A stretch of 64,000 nucleotides of DNA from Gordius albopunctatus (Eukaryota). Below are positions 1 through 12,289 of the stretch, piece after piece (within the stretch, counting starts at the first letter, position 1; every line of letters begins with the position of its first letter). Where the stretch lies: the NCBI GenBank assembly GCA_964276515.1, contig OZ193909.1:744001-808000 (forward strand), given 5' to 3'. The notes beneath the pieces were generated by a model. The model ran no database searches, was not told the origin of the DNA, and was given only the letters and a program-made list of their open reading frames with translations. The translations under genes and the position numbers were made by a program.

Positions 1-2654
1 CGGAATCGCCATTCAAGATGGCGTAGCACGAGGTATCCAGGTACTGGGGTATTAATTTTGTGAGCAAGGAGGCGCTAGCGGGAGACAATGGGGATGGTTT
101 TAGAACCGCCGCGTTACCTTTCATAATCATGATTCATTTTAGTAGTCTTTATTCATTCATTATTTTTATAAAAAAATTACATATTTTGTAAAGGTGAGAT
201 AACTAAATTTAAAAAAAATAAGAATTGTAAATATTGGGAAAACATTCCGCTATGGCTAATGAACTATATTTACAGATAGTTATGCCGATTTTCTGTCGTA
301 TAAAAAACGATTCGCGATTATCATGGGATAGTAATGAGGTTTGTTTCCCTATTTTTTTAAAAAATTGTAAGGCTTGGGGGCCAAACGTTGTTAGGATGGT
401 TGTCGCAATGGGACAAAAAATTCGAAAATTCTTAATCGCAAATCGGATTATCGCAAAAATCTTTTAATCGCGAGGTTAACCGCCATTTTGTTTTTTTTAA
501 ACGATAATATTAACAAAAACATCGTTTATTGACAAATCGCTTAATAGTACAATATCGGATATTCACAAACATTTTCGAGTCCTTAAATCAACCGGATAAT
601 TATATAAAATATCGTTTTATTGCAAAGCGTAAGAAATGAATATTTAATATAATGTACATAATATACTTTTATTTCCATCGTTTAATCGCAAAATATCGGT
701 TAATCGCGAAAAAAATTTCAGGCCCAAGGCTTTGCAATTAAACGGTTTTGACTGTATCGTTAATTTCTGAGTATTTTGAAATGTTCAGAGCCCCGGCTGA
801 AGACAAGGGATCTTTGTTGTGATTAGATGGGGCATATTCATTAGGTAAAAGGGCCAAAACGTTTTGACCAACCATCTCAGATATGGATAATTTTGGTGAG
901 GGTGCCTAGGCCTCATGTATTACAGTAATTTAGCCATTTTGGACATAAACTTTTTAGGGTAATGGACGTTTAAGGTGTAAAAATCACGCTCGAGCGCGTT
1001 TTATAATAGATTTTACTATTTTTGTCATACTTAACGGCACTACTCACTTACATCTTGGTGCACTTTGTTCCTAACCAAAAATTATCCAAATCTGAAATGG
1101 TCGCTCGAAAATATTTTTATCCTTCTACGATTCGACATGCAATGGCCCAAATGCTTGATTTCATTTTAGTTTAGAGGCGATAAAATGCTGAAAATTAATA
1201 GAGGAGCAGTGGCTAATTGATTTATTAACAATTCTAATAAATGCTTGTAGTGAAATTAATCATTTTTAGTTTTTACCTTAATTATATAGAAGACTACATA
1301 ATGCAGAAATCAAAATTTAATATCATATTTTAAACATGATTTATTTCAAAGGAGAAGATGAAAGAAATAGTAGCCCCTAATCCAAAGGATGTTCTTGATT
1401 TCTAAAGAGCACTACGGCTTAAAATTTAAATTTTAACAAATTGTTTTGAATTAATAATTTTAACGGTGGCCTTATTATTTCTTTTATTTAATTGTAAATA
1501 TTATTAATAAAAAAAATTAATTTTCACACTTTACAAAGCCCATTTCCCCTTAGGAATAAGACACTAAATCATCGAAAGTTATAATAGGTGAGAGTATCAA
1601 ATATGTGAAAAACTATTTCCTGAGGGAATTCAAATTTATATAATTTGTTTAAGATGAGGTGATATATACCCCCTTTGCCATAGAAGCCAATTGCTTGACA
1701 TGTTTATTGTATGTAGTAGATGAAAAAGAGATTACCCAGAAGTGTTGTATATAATGTATAGAGTGTTTTTTATAAAACCCATAGGATAAATACACATGGG
1801 CGTAGCCAGCTTTGGAATTAGAGGGGGGCAGCCACCCCTCACTGCCCCCCCCCCTGGCTATGCCCATAGGATAAATACATAGATCAAAATAATTGTAATA
1901 TTTCTGAGTTTAAAAATTTATAAATTTCTTGGTGGTCTGTGTTAAAGTGAGTATAGGGTTTGTTTCAATATTTTAGATAATAGGAGGTCATCATTATACC
2001 ATGCAAAGTCGACTCTTTATTTTATCTTTGCGCTATTATAACCCTCAAAAAATTCTATAAGCTTTAAATCTAAAAATGGCCATAAATAATTATACATAAT
2101 AACCAAAACACATGTATCTCATAAAATTGTAGCAAATATACAATACCTGCGGCAATAACACCAATAAGAGGAATTAAGCTTAATTGAATTGGATAATTCC
2201 AGCTACTAATAATTAGGATAACCCCCAGAGGCTCCTTTTTAACATATGCAGTATTCACAGACTGTACCCAGCTCTTCATAACCTTAACAAGTTGTAATAA
2301 TGCATTTTAAAATTTAATACATCTTCGGGTTGCATCCAGTTTTTTAAATTTTCAAGAGTAACAGCTATATGGTTTCTGATCATCATTACGTCGGTACAAA
2401 TGGCATCATTTTTATTCTAAACATTTAAATAAAGATAGTTATACTTTTTACTTTATGTAAATCTTTGTGCAAAGCCAGACAAATATCATCAACATTATCA
2501 TCAAGCAATTTTTGAATAGCTTTTAATTGTGATACTCTGTATTTATAGCTTTTTGTTTTTCCACTAATAAAATTTTCCCTCAAAGAACCTACCAACTTTT
2601 TTTACTTGCCCAATTTATTTGGAATTAACTTACATCAGCTGGATTTTGAGACAT
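1..2654 (-). CDS. ALDH3: Aldehyde dehydrogenase family 3 (ALDH3-like), 5' part; continues beyond the left edge of the window
   Basis: GT-AG exons 2654-2634, 2595-2452, 2416-2321, 2282-2147 and 117-1 join in frame: [55 protein letters not shown]...[58 protein letters not shown]. These match the ALDH3 N-terminus and the EPLGV, WNYP and GN..VLKPS motifs. Confidence 0.93.
830..1148. mobile_element. MITE-like inverted-repeat element in the ALDH3 intron
   Basis: GGGC...GCCC ends and an internal inverted pair, accatctcagatatggataattttggt and accaaaaattatccaaatctgaaatggt. Confidence 0.5.
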
Positions 2655-3689
2655 TTAAATTTTCAAGTAACCGATTTAGGTCGAAATATAGAAAAGTAAA
2701 AAATTAAAACAAAGCCGTTATTAAGTTTGGTGTATGTATGTAATTTTTATCAAAAAAATATAATTTCGGAATTTTAAAAGAAGGGGGTATAAGTTAAAAG
2801 TAATTCTAACAAATATGCTGAGATGTATTAAATTTGACGTTCTAATTTATACAATAATTTAGTCTAAAACAAAATATTAAATTAAACTATAATCTATAAA
2901 GTAATTAGCATTTGGCTAGTTTAATTGAATAGCTTATTTATATTGCAAAAAGGACTTTAAATTAATGATTATCTATTTTATATTAAAATATTAAAGTAAA
3001 ATTAGTATTTGTTTTTAATAAAATGTTGGGATAAAATTAGTAAAAATTTCTATTTGATTTTTGGTGTAATTAATTAAATATATTTTAATGGAAGGTTTAA
3101 TCACATATATTTATATTGTAGAAAATTAGAATAGGTTTGTTCACATAAATTTCTGTTGTAAAATATTAGATTGAAATTATTAAGAGGTGAATATTCCTAT
3201 TGATGCATAGTTTTTTATAATGGATAAAGGGTCTTTATGTTTGATAATCATACTTTTGATAATGATAATTACATTAAATTATTATTGGATACGATTACTT
3301 TCAATAAAATGATTGCTGTATACATTATTATAATTAATTTAATTTGAAAATTCTTGTTGAATTTACTTAACTGATTTTTAATTAAACGAATCTTTTGTTT
3401 TAATTACTTAATTAATTTTTTTTAATTAAATTGCTTTGTTTAATTAAGTTTGATTTTCTATTTAAATTATTTGGTGTAATTAATTTAAATATATTTTAAT
3501 TGAATCTGTAATTTATAATGTTTGGTTTTTACACGCCGCCGTCAATTGGTATCAATTTTTTAAATTATTTGTGCGCGGATAAATCATTAGTATATATATC
3601 AATTTTAACCATGCTAGTTTTATAATGTTTTATATAAATTAAAAAAATAGAAAAGGTTTTTGTACATAAGTCTAATTTTATGTTTAATT

Positions 3690-6600
3690 TAAGGTGTTAT
3701 CGGTGTGGGCAACGGCGACATCCTTAAAAGGATTGTTATAATAGATATTTTAAAAGGGGCAATAATAGAAATTTTAGATATATATCGGGAAATTTTGTAC
3801 AACGCGGTCCGAGAGAGAATTTTAAAAATTACGCGCACCCCATTAGACCCTACCTACATTGATCATAGATTTACCCAGAAAAACTCCCCAAGTTTTAACG
3901 CACCAATAACTTCAAATAATTATAACGCCAAAGAGGTTGGGGATGGGAAATGTTGCTATAGGTGTAGGGGGCATATCAATCAAACGCAAACAGCTGCTAA
4001 TGCGCAGACTATGTTTGATTGACTAGCGCAGAGTAATTCAAATTATATAGATATGCGCACGGTAAATTTAAATAAAGTTTTAAATTCGTCAGCTTCACCT
4101 TTAGTGATAGTAAATGTCAATAATTTTAAGCTAACATGTATATTAGATACTGGCGCCGCAATATCCATTATTAGTCATAAAACATTAAAAACATTTTGGC
4201 CCGTCCGAAATTACAAACTGCCAATATAATTGCCAAACAGTTTGATAATACTTTAATTATTGCCCTGGGTATAATTAAGGTTCTAGTTAACGTGGCAGGA
4301 TTTATAGTTGAATTGGATTTATATATTATTAAAGAGAATGTAGATAACATAATGGGCTGGTCCTGGATTAGGATAATTCGGCCCCAAATTCAATGGTGGG
4401 GATTATGTAATAAAAATAATGCCGCAAAATTTTCAAGGTTGATGTTAAGTCCATGGTGATGTCGAAGGCGTTGTCACGTAGTTCACAGTGCAGGGATTTC
4501 ATACCCGTTTTTTATTCTGATTTAAAACGCATAGCTCATAAATCAGATAACTTGGGAATTCCCGTCTGAGTGCGGGGTACCTCTGGGACCCACATGCCAT
4601 AAATTAGCGAATCTGGGGGCAAAGCCTGATTTGGTCACAACATGGCACACCAAAATTGATAATATAAAAAACCAATTTTCTAAAATTTTGAACCTGGTTT
4701 AGGGTGTTTAAATGACGAAATATTTTCGGTTAGAGTCGATTTAAATGCAATTCCTAAATTTTTTTTCTGCCAGGCGCGTACCTTTAATTTTGAAAAATAA
4801 GTTCGACGAGGTAATTAAAACATGGTAAAGGATAACGTAATTGAACCTATTGCCTATTCGGAATGGGCCACACCTTTGGTACCGGTCAGGAAGTATGACG
4901 GTACAGTTAGGGTTTGTGCTGATTATAGAATTACGGTAAACAAATGTGTTAATGAGGTAAAATACCCATTGCCTAGGTTAGAAATTATTTTTGTTAAATT
5001 AATAGGCGCTAAATATTTCTCAAAAATTGACCTTGCCAATGCTTATTTGCAATTACAGGCAGAGGAAAAGTCATCACGGCTCCTAACAATTAATACTGAC
5101 ACCGGACTTTTTAAATTTAAAAGGCTACCTTTTGGCTTAAGAATTTTAGTTGCTATTTTTCAGCGTGCTATGGTGTCAATTTTTAGTAATTTAGACGGTA
5201 TAATATTTTATTTGGAAATATATTAATAACGGGACGGACGAAAGACGAGCATGATATGCGTCTTGTTCAGGTCTTAAATTTAATTAGTCTAAAAGGTTTA
5301 AAAGTTTCAGCTAAAAAATGTGTTTTTGGGACGGAACAAATTGTCTATTTAGGAAACATTTTAAATAATGGTAATATTCAACCAAAATATGACAAGAACA
5401 AGATAGAAGCCATTAAAAATGTTAAATTGCCTGCAAATAAAAAGGAACTATCGTTATTTATGGATTTTTAATGAACTATTACAGTAAATTTATAAATAAT
5501 TACACTGAATATGCTGTGCTGGACCATTGTACGAATTGACAAAAAATGACATCATATTTAAATGGAGTAAAAGTGATATTGAAAAATTTGATTTTTTGAA
5601 AAATATCTTTATTAAAAAACCCATTTAAGATGTTTTGATCCTAATAAACAACATACACTGAGGGTCGATGCGTCTAATATTGGTATTGGAGGCGCATTAT
5701 GACAGGTCGAGGATGGAATGGAGCATCCAGTTTTGTATTTTTTGCGTAAATTAAATAAAAAAAAGGTAGGATATTCTGTTATAGAACGCGAGGCATTAGC
5801 GATGATTTACGGGTTACAGCGATGTCGCGAATATTTAATTGGCAAATCGTTTACTGTAATCACAGATAATAAGCCGCTTGTTGCTTTATTTAAAAAGGCG
5901 AACGCCGAACTATTAATATATCCTAGGTTGCAAAGTTGGCTTGTAATGTTGGGTAATTTTGCATTAACCCTAAAATACGGCAAGGACAAGGATAATCATT
6001 TGGCTGATGTACTATCGCGTTTGGGCGCAGATAACATTGAGGCCGATGATTTACATTTGTCTTGTGATATACTAGGAAAACATGTAATCAATTCTTTAAA
6101 TATTTTAGATTTAAACGATATTGTTAATGAAAGTAATATGGACCCTGAAATATGTAAATTAAAGGATATTTTGGTAGGCATAGACGATAGAATGAATGTA
6201 CCCACCCCTTACATGTTTTGAACGAATTATATTTAGAAAATAATGTTCTTAAAAAGCATGAAAGGTTAGTGGTACCGATTAAGCTTCGTCAGGAAGTGCT
6301 AAAATATTACATCAGGGACACTGTGGGATGGTTAAAATTAAAGGCCTAGCCAGACAATACGTCTGGTGGCCGCAATTAACTAAGGATATCCAAAAATTCG
6401 TAAGGCAGTGTGAGCTTTGTAAGCTTGATGCACCGATGCCGCGTATAAATAAAAAATCTAGATGGCCTCGTCCTAAATTTCCATTGGAGCTTATACACAT
6501 AGATTTTTTCGAATTAGATAAAAAACGGTACATCTAAATAGTAGATGCGTTTTCCGGTTGGACGGAATTTAAAATTATATCAAATATATCTAGTAGACTA

Positions 6601-7986
6601 TCAATTACAATTTTAAAGCAATTGATAGGGAATTACAGGTTTCCAGAAATAATTGTTACGGATAATGGTAAAGCTTTTGTTTGCAATGAATTTAAATAAT
6701 TTTGTTTAAAATCTAAAATTAACCATATTTTAACTCCACGTCCACCGTACCATCCAAGCTCTAATGGGCAGGTAGAAAGGTATGTAGGTATTGTTAAAAA
6801 ATGGGTGAACGTAGCTAAAGTAACGAAGGACGGAACGTGGTTGTCTAAACTTTATCACAATACGTCACCACGGTATCCTAATCGTGCTCCGGTTAGCTAT
6901 GAATTTTTAGTTCGTAAATTAAGGTACCCACCGGGATTTTTTGAAGTTCACTGAGTACCAAACTTCGCCCAGTATTTGTGTGCCACAGTTTACAGTAAAC
7001 CAAAGAGTTTAGTATCGAAACTATTTTGGTAAACCTAAATGGGTGTTAGGTGTAATTATTGAACAATTAGGGACAAAAGTCTATAAAGTTAAGGACTTAA
7101 ATGAAAATAAATTTGAAATTAGGCACGTGGAACAATTAAAAATTTAGATGAGGATAAATGCAGCATGGTGCGACGTGGAGTTGGAAGTGACATCCACGGC
7201 ATCTAGGAACGAAAGGGTTCCGGTATTCATTTTAATAAAAGTGAAAACGGACGGGAGGTCAAGGATATTAAATTTGGCGCACTCTCTGGGTCCGTCAGGC
7301 CAGGTCGGGAGGTCATATACACAACGCCCAAGATATCCAAGACGACCAAGACAGGAGGAGGCTGCGGTCAGAAGAAACAGAGATGCGAGCGCGGAGCAAC
7401 GACGAAATGTGTCGGGAAATAAACCGTTGCTCCTGCCTCTAATTTTTAAAAGAAAGAAGTGTTGGGGGTGCAAGGCCAAACACTTGCCCCCAATGTACTT
7501 CAAAGTAAAACTGGTTCGGGAAAGGCAACTCAACCCAGAGATGTCGCAGAGCTGGAGTCTAGGGTAACTATGGACACCCTGACTTTGAACAGCCCCGGAC
7601 CTTCAACTTCTCAATAAAAGGGAAGGTATGGTATATGTGTATACCACGTTACCATGTGTTAGTATACCACGTTTTAAAGTCCGCGGTATACTTTGATCTT
7701 ACTTAGATTTATTTTATTAATGTTAATGTAAAAAAGTTAAAGAACGGTTCTGCAATCCTTATAATTAAAAAAAGGAATTGATCAAAGGAAGGCACTTTTA
7801 CCGCGAGTTAACCTAGACGCGGAAGTGGCTAAGTTTCGTTGACACTCTCTTTTTTTAATTACTTTTTCTTTTTAACATCTGGAGTTTCGTGCGGCGCCCC
7901 GTCAGAAGATTTCCATACATTGCTTGTTCAATCAAGCCCACCACCCAGGGAAGATTCAACGACCTTAAAAGCGAGATCTCACACCA
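3690..7986 (+). mobile_element. Degenerate Ty3/Gypsy LTR retrotransposon (Mag/K02A2.6-like pol); 5' LTR not found
   Basis: Gag Zn-knuckle remnant (CYRC, ~3950), protease LDTGAAISII (~4143), RT (WATPLVPVRK, VRVCADYRITVN, SKIDLANAYLQ, RLPFG), RNase H (DASNIG, YSVIEREALA, TDNKPL, NHLADVLSRL) and integrase (H..H, ARQYVWWP, CELC, IHIDFF, TDNG, HPSSNGQVER). Many stops and frameshifts. Confidence 0.93.
7629..7986 (+). repeat. 3' LTR of the Gypsy element, preceded by a polypurine tract
   Basis: Polypurine tract AAAAGGGAAGG at 7616-7626, then TGGT...ACCA inverted termini. Confidence 0.7.
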
Positions 7987-9015
7987 ATAGACTGAAAAAA
8001 TGACCATTGGCCAAATTGTGAATCGAATTTTTTTTCGTTTTTTCGTCTCTTACGTATTTATATCCTTTTTGACCGTGTCCTGGCTACTGACCAATGAAAC
8101 AAATGACCATTGGTCAAAGTGTATAAATTTTTTATATATATTTAATATAGGCTATTTGGCCGTTTGCTGGTTACTGACCAATGGAAAAAATGACCACTGG
8201 CCAAAGTGAGATTAAAATCAATTATTCTAGATTATAATTATAGGCTAGTTATTTGGCTGTCTGCTGACCATTAGAAAAAATGATCACTGGCCAAAGTGAT
8301 GAAAAAATGATCAATGGCCAAGGTCTGATTGGAAATTTTTTTGTTTTTTTAATATCTTGTTTAGACTATACAGATGCCCATGATTTGAAAAGAGACTATA
8401 GCCATAATTCAAATTATGGGTCGCTTACTCCATAATTGTTTAAATTAATAAAATATTAAAATAATTATTTAAACGGTTTTATAGGTTAAAGGAATCCGCT
8501 TTAACTCTCACTTTAAAGTTCTACGTTTTGGATGGATGACTATTGGCTTTTCCAAGGTCATAACCTCTATTTGCGTTCCCTTCGCCATAAATAATAATTT
8601 TGCTTAGTTTAGAATTTGGTATAAGGCAATAAAAATCAATATATAATAAAGAATGAACGAAAGAAAACCTATTCCTTGAAATAAAGTTTAAAATTTGCAT
8701 AAAAATATTTAAAAAGCTAAATTTTGTAATAATAAACTGCTATAAAACATTTATTATTATTTTATTTATTGAGGTATATTAATGTATTAAAAAAATTATA
8801 ACATTGTACGAGTATTATCTGACTCCCTGCTTGACCATTGTCCCCTCCCCCCTCCCCCATAGGCATTCTCGCCCATAAATTGCATAGAAAATGTGCTACG
8901 TTTATACGGAGTACAGTTGAGTTTAGTAAAAACAATACCCCAAAATAGGCAAATGTACCAAAACGAAAAAATGAACTCCAAGTCAGACCTCTTCCCCTTT
9001 TTCCCCTCCCTGGTT
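7987..9015 (+). mobile_element. 5'-truncated Helentron/DINE-1-like non-autonomous element
   Basis: Same ctgaccaatgg..tgaccattggccaaa repeats as the copies at 25574 and 49189, and the same 3' block cccataaattgcatag.aaatgtgctacgtttatacggagt (8872-8912). Confidence 0.7.
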
Positions 9016-9899
9016 TAACCTAATACGATTCGTTAATAATTTTTATGCTTTAATCTAACTTTTAAAGTTATTTAAAGGTTTAAAATAAATAAATTATTTT
9101 AATTATTTACTTATATCATTTTTGTAAGTTTCGACGATTTATACATATAATTTACATACTATCCATAATAAAAAAATGATAATAAAATTTCACAGTTTTA
9201 AGCAAAAAAAGTGGGCAAAGGTATAATGTACACCGTACAAAAGTTTTAATTTAGAAGCTAGCTGGGTCCTTTATAAAAAATATTTGGGGCCGGACTAATT
9301 CACCAGGTTCGAACAAAATCCAATTTATTGTTTTTAGCTCGGATGGGCTTTATGAGTCGGGCTTTAGCGGGTCGGAATTTGGGCGCCCCGTTTAAGGACC
9401 CGAGTGTTTAAAACACAACAGATTCTTGGTCTTTGGCCTCACTAAGCAATATTTTAATATTTCTGACTGTTCGATTTTCCGAACTTGCCACACTACATAT
9501 AATGAATACTATAAAAATATTTATATACAATTAGTATATTTTTGCACATGGCACAGGGAAAGAATATTGAACAATGAATGTAAAAACTAGGAATGACGAA
9601 ATTCGTTAACATTTTAACTTTTGGCTAGCATTCGTAAAAAACTCATAGTTTTGATGATTTTGGATATATTAATTATTAACAAGAACAACATAAACTTAAC
9701 CACATAGATTTAATAAAACTAATTGTAATATTATTCAAGGTATTTTTGGTCGTCCTAGCTTTTATGAAAAACAAGTCGAGCTAACAACTGTGCCAAATAT
9801 AATAAAAAATTTATAAAGAACAACTCATACACAAACCGGCTAATCATAAGAATTGGGAAAGCATCTTTACTCTTAGTTTTCACACTCTAGCCATCCCAA

Positions 9900-11627
9900 A
9901 CACTGGTACAAAGCACCTCTCAAAGGACATTAAAGCATCAATTTTGTATTTGATCTCCTTAATCCCTTGAAACCACACTTAAAACACAACCATCACCCAG
10001 TTGATAACAAAGCTAAAAGGATTGCCAACAAAATCAACAACATGGAAATCCGCTCAGCTCTTAAAATCCTGGAATCTGATGACTCAATAGCGCCAATTAC
10101 CAATACCACCTTTGACCTCCTCCAGTAAAAAAACCCCGAAGGTCATCCGTTACCGCCTAACCTCTTAAACGTCTCAGATATCCCCCTCATGGACTTCACT
10201 TTCTAGGAAGTAGCCGAAGCTCTTATGTCTTTCAAAAAGGACTGGGTCGGGGGCCTCGATGGGATACGACCAACTTACCTTCAGGACCTCATCAAACCTC
10301 AACTTAGCGGCTCACATGCTCTCCTAGCAAACTTACCCCCCCCCCAATTTACTTTTACTAGCAGGGTTCACCTCATCCCCTTTATCAACGGGTTAATCAA
10401 GCAAATTACTCACACCCAAGACCCGCACCTCGACAGCGCCCTTCAGATGTGGGAAGACCTCAAGCTTGATTTTGCAACTCACCCAACTGGAACCACACAA
10501 AAGGAATGGGATTTACCACTGATAACACGTTCCGTAGCTTACCTCTCGTCGAACAACCTATCTTTGGGAAATCTCCACTTTAATTGGGCATCCTCTGGGG
10601 GTTACGAATGGCTCGAGGCCCTATCAAGCCAAAACCGAGGATTACACTTGTCGGGCAAGTCGCCTGCGACATTATGTCCCCATTCAACTGCGACATCTGT
10701 CGCCAACCCCTTCTAGCATGTAGTGACATCAACATACGTAACGTCAATCAAGTACGATGTCAGTTCCGAGAAATAAGTTAATCATATATTTGAATTTCTT
10801 TTCCTAGAAGATCGCACGCTATGACGTCGATTGACAGATCTTCCTCGAAACTTATCGATATATTTAGATCTTCTCAGAAGATCATAGATATATTTAAATC
10901 TTCCCAGAAAATAATCAATCTTCATGGAAACTCATCGATTAGTTTAGATCTTCCAAGAATATTATCGATTTTCCAATAATAATGATTATGTATTTTATAA
11001 TAACTATATAAACTCAATTTTTATGCAAATATAACTAGTCGAATAATTATAGCAAGATGAATTGTATTCTTTGTTCCAAAATTATCCTCGTATAAGAGAG
11101 GAAAAGATAACAACTAGTTATCAAAAGCAAACGGCCATCATCCTCTACACTGCCAATACAGCAAGGGACGGCATCCCCGTCATGCCACAATAAATAAAAT
11201 AATCGGACAATTTTTGAAGAAAGCCGGCTTTCCAATTCAATGGAACCCACTGGCCTAAGCTCCACTGACTGTAAAAACCCGACGGTGTAACAATCATCTC
11301 GTGAGCTCGTGGCCTAAACGCCTGTTGGGACTTCACCGAAGTGGATATATTTGCCAAATCTAACGCCTCTCCCGACCTCATCTCTTCTACTGAGAGAAAG
11401 AAAGTGGAAAAATGCAAATACCTCAGCAATATTATTTTTTAGCAGTAGTAGCCACGACCCTCGGTAATTTAGGTCCTGAGGGCAGCCAATTCCTCAGACA
11501 AATATCAAAATTTATAACCTCCATCACACACGATGCCAAAGAATTTTTTTACATCAAGCAGAAAATCACCATGGAAATTGTAAAATCTAATACAATCTCA
11601 ATCCATGGCTCGATGCCAGCTCATTAA
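9900..11627 (+). mobile_element. Decayed non-LTR retrotransposon with a restriction-like endonuclease (CRE-like); RT core deleted
   Basis: SFKKDWVGGLDGIRPTYLQDL (pre-RT motif), split Zn finger CDIC...HHPLHC, GRHPRHATIN, KPDGVTII...WDFT (PD endonuclease) and TLGNLGPEG...QKITMEIVKSN C-terminus. Confidence 0.75.
10719..11123. mobile_element. Insertion with TG...CA ends (possible solo LTR) splitting the CRE-like zinc finger
   Basis: Interrupts CDICRQPLLA / NGHHPLHC. Starts TGTAGT and ends TTATCA. Flanks tagca/aagca are only an imperfect TSD. Internal imperfect atcgat..tttagatcttc repeats. Confidence 0.5.
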
Positions 11628-12289
11628 TTTAATATATTTTAGCATATAACATACATAATTATTTGGAAATAAACTTCTATCGGGTTTAATGAAGAACAAC
11701 TTTTAAGAAACAATGATTTTGCAATAGAAAGAGATGTTATATTATATCTATAACCTCTTAAAATTGTTCTTTTTGTTTTTAGTGTTAATCAAATTTGTGA
11801 AGGATAAACATTAGTATAAGCTTTATTATATCAGGTTTTGACTGCAAGCAGTGAAATATTTAATACTTTATTTATTCTTGATAAATAACAATAAAGAATA
11901 ACATTTGGTTAACATTATGAATATTTAATATATTTAGGCGACGTTTAGTTAATTGATAGTACATTATTAGATAGCTTGCTTTACAATATTATGGTGGTGT
12001 AAGAACGGCGGTATTAAACAAAAACAAATAATTAAAATTCTTGTCACCGATTATTCGTATATATTTCAAAATCATTATGTTGTTAAGATGTAATTTCGTT
12101 TAAGAATCGTTCGTTTATGTTAATCGTAAATAGTTATTGAAATCATGTAAATAATATTGATTATAATGATAACATGTTATAATGAGCAGAGTTATAATTT
12201 GTCATATATGTTAAAGGATATAACAAAAGGATGTAATTTAACTCCTGGATGGATGCTTAATTGTGTTATTCTCTTCTCAAGTGAGCTTC

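Noticed and set aside
7148..7567. Separate gene or env ORF
   Set aside because: It lies between integrase and the polypurine tract and resembles the basic low-complexity pol tail. It has no signal peptide or TM segment.
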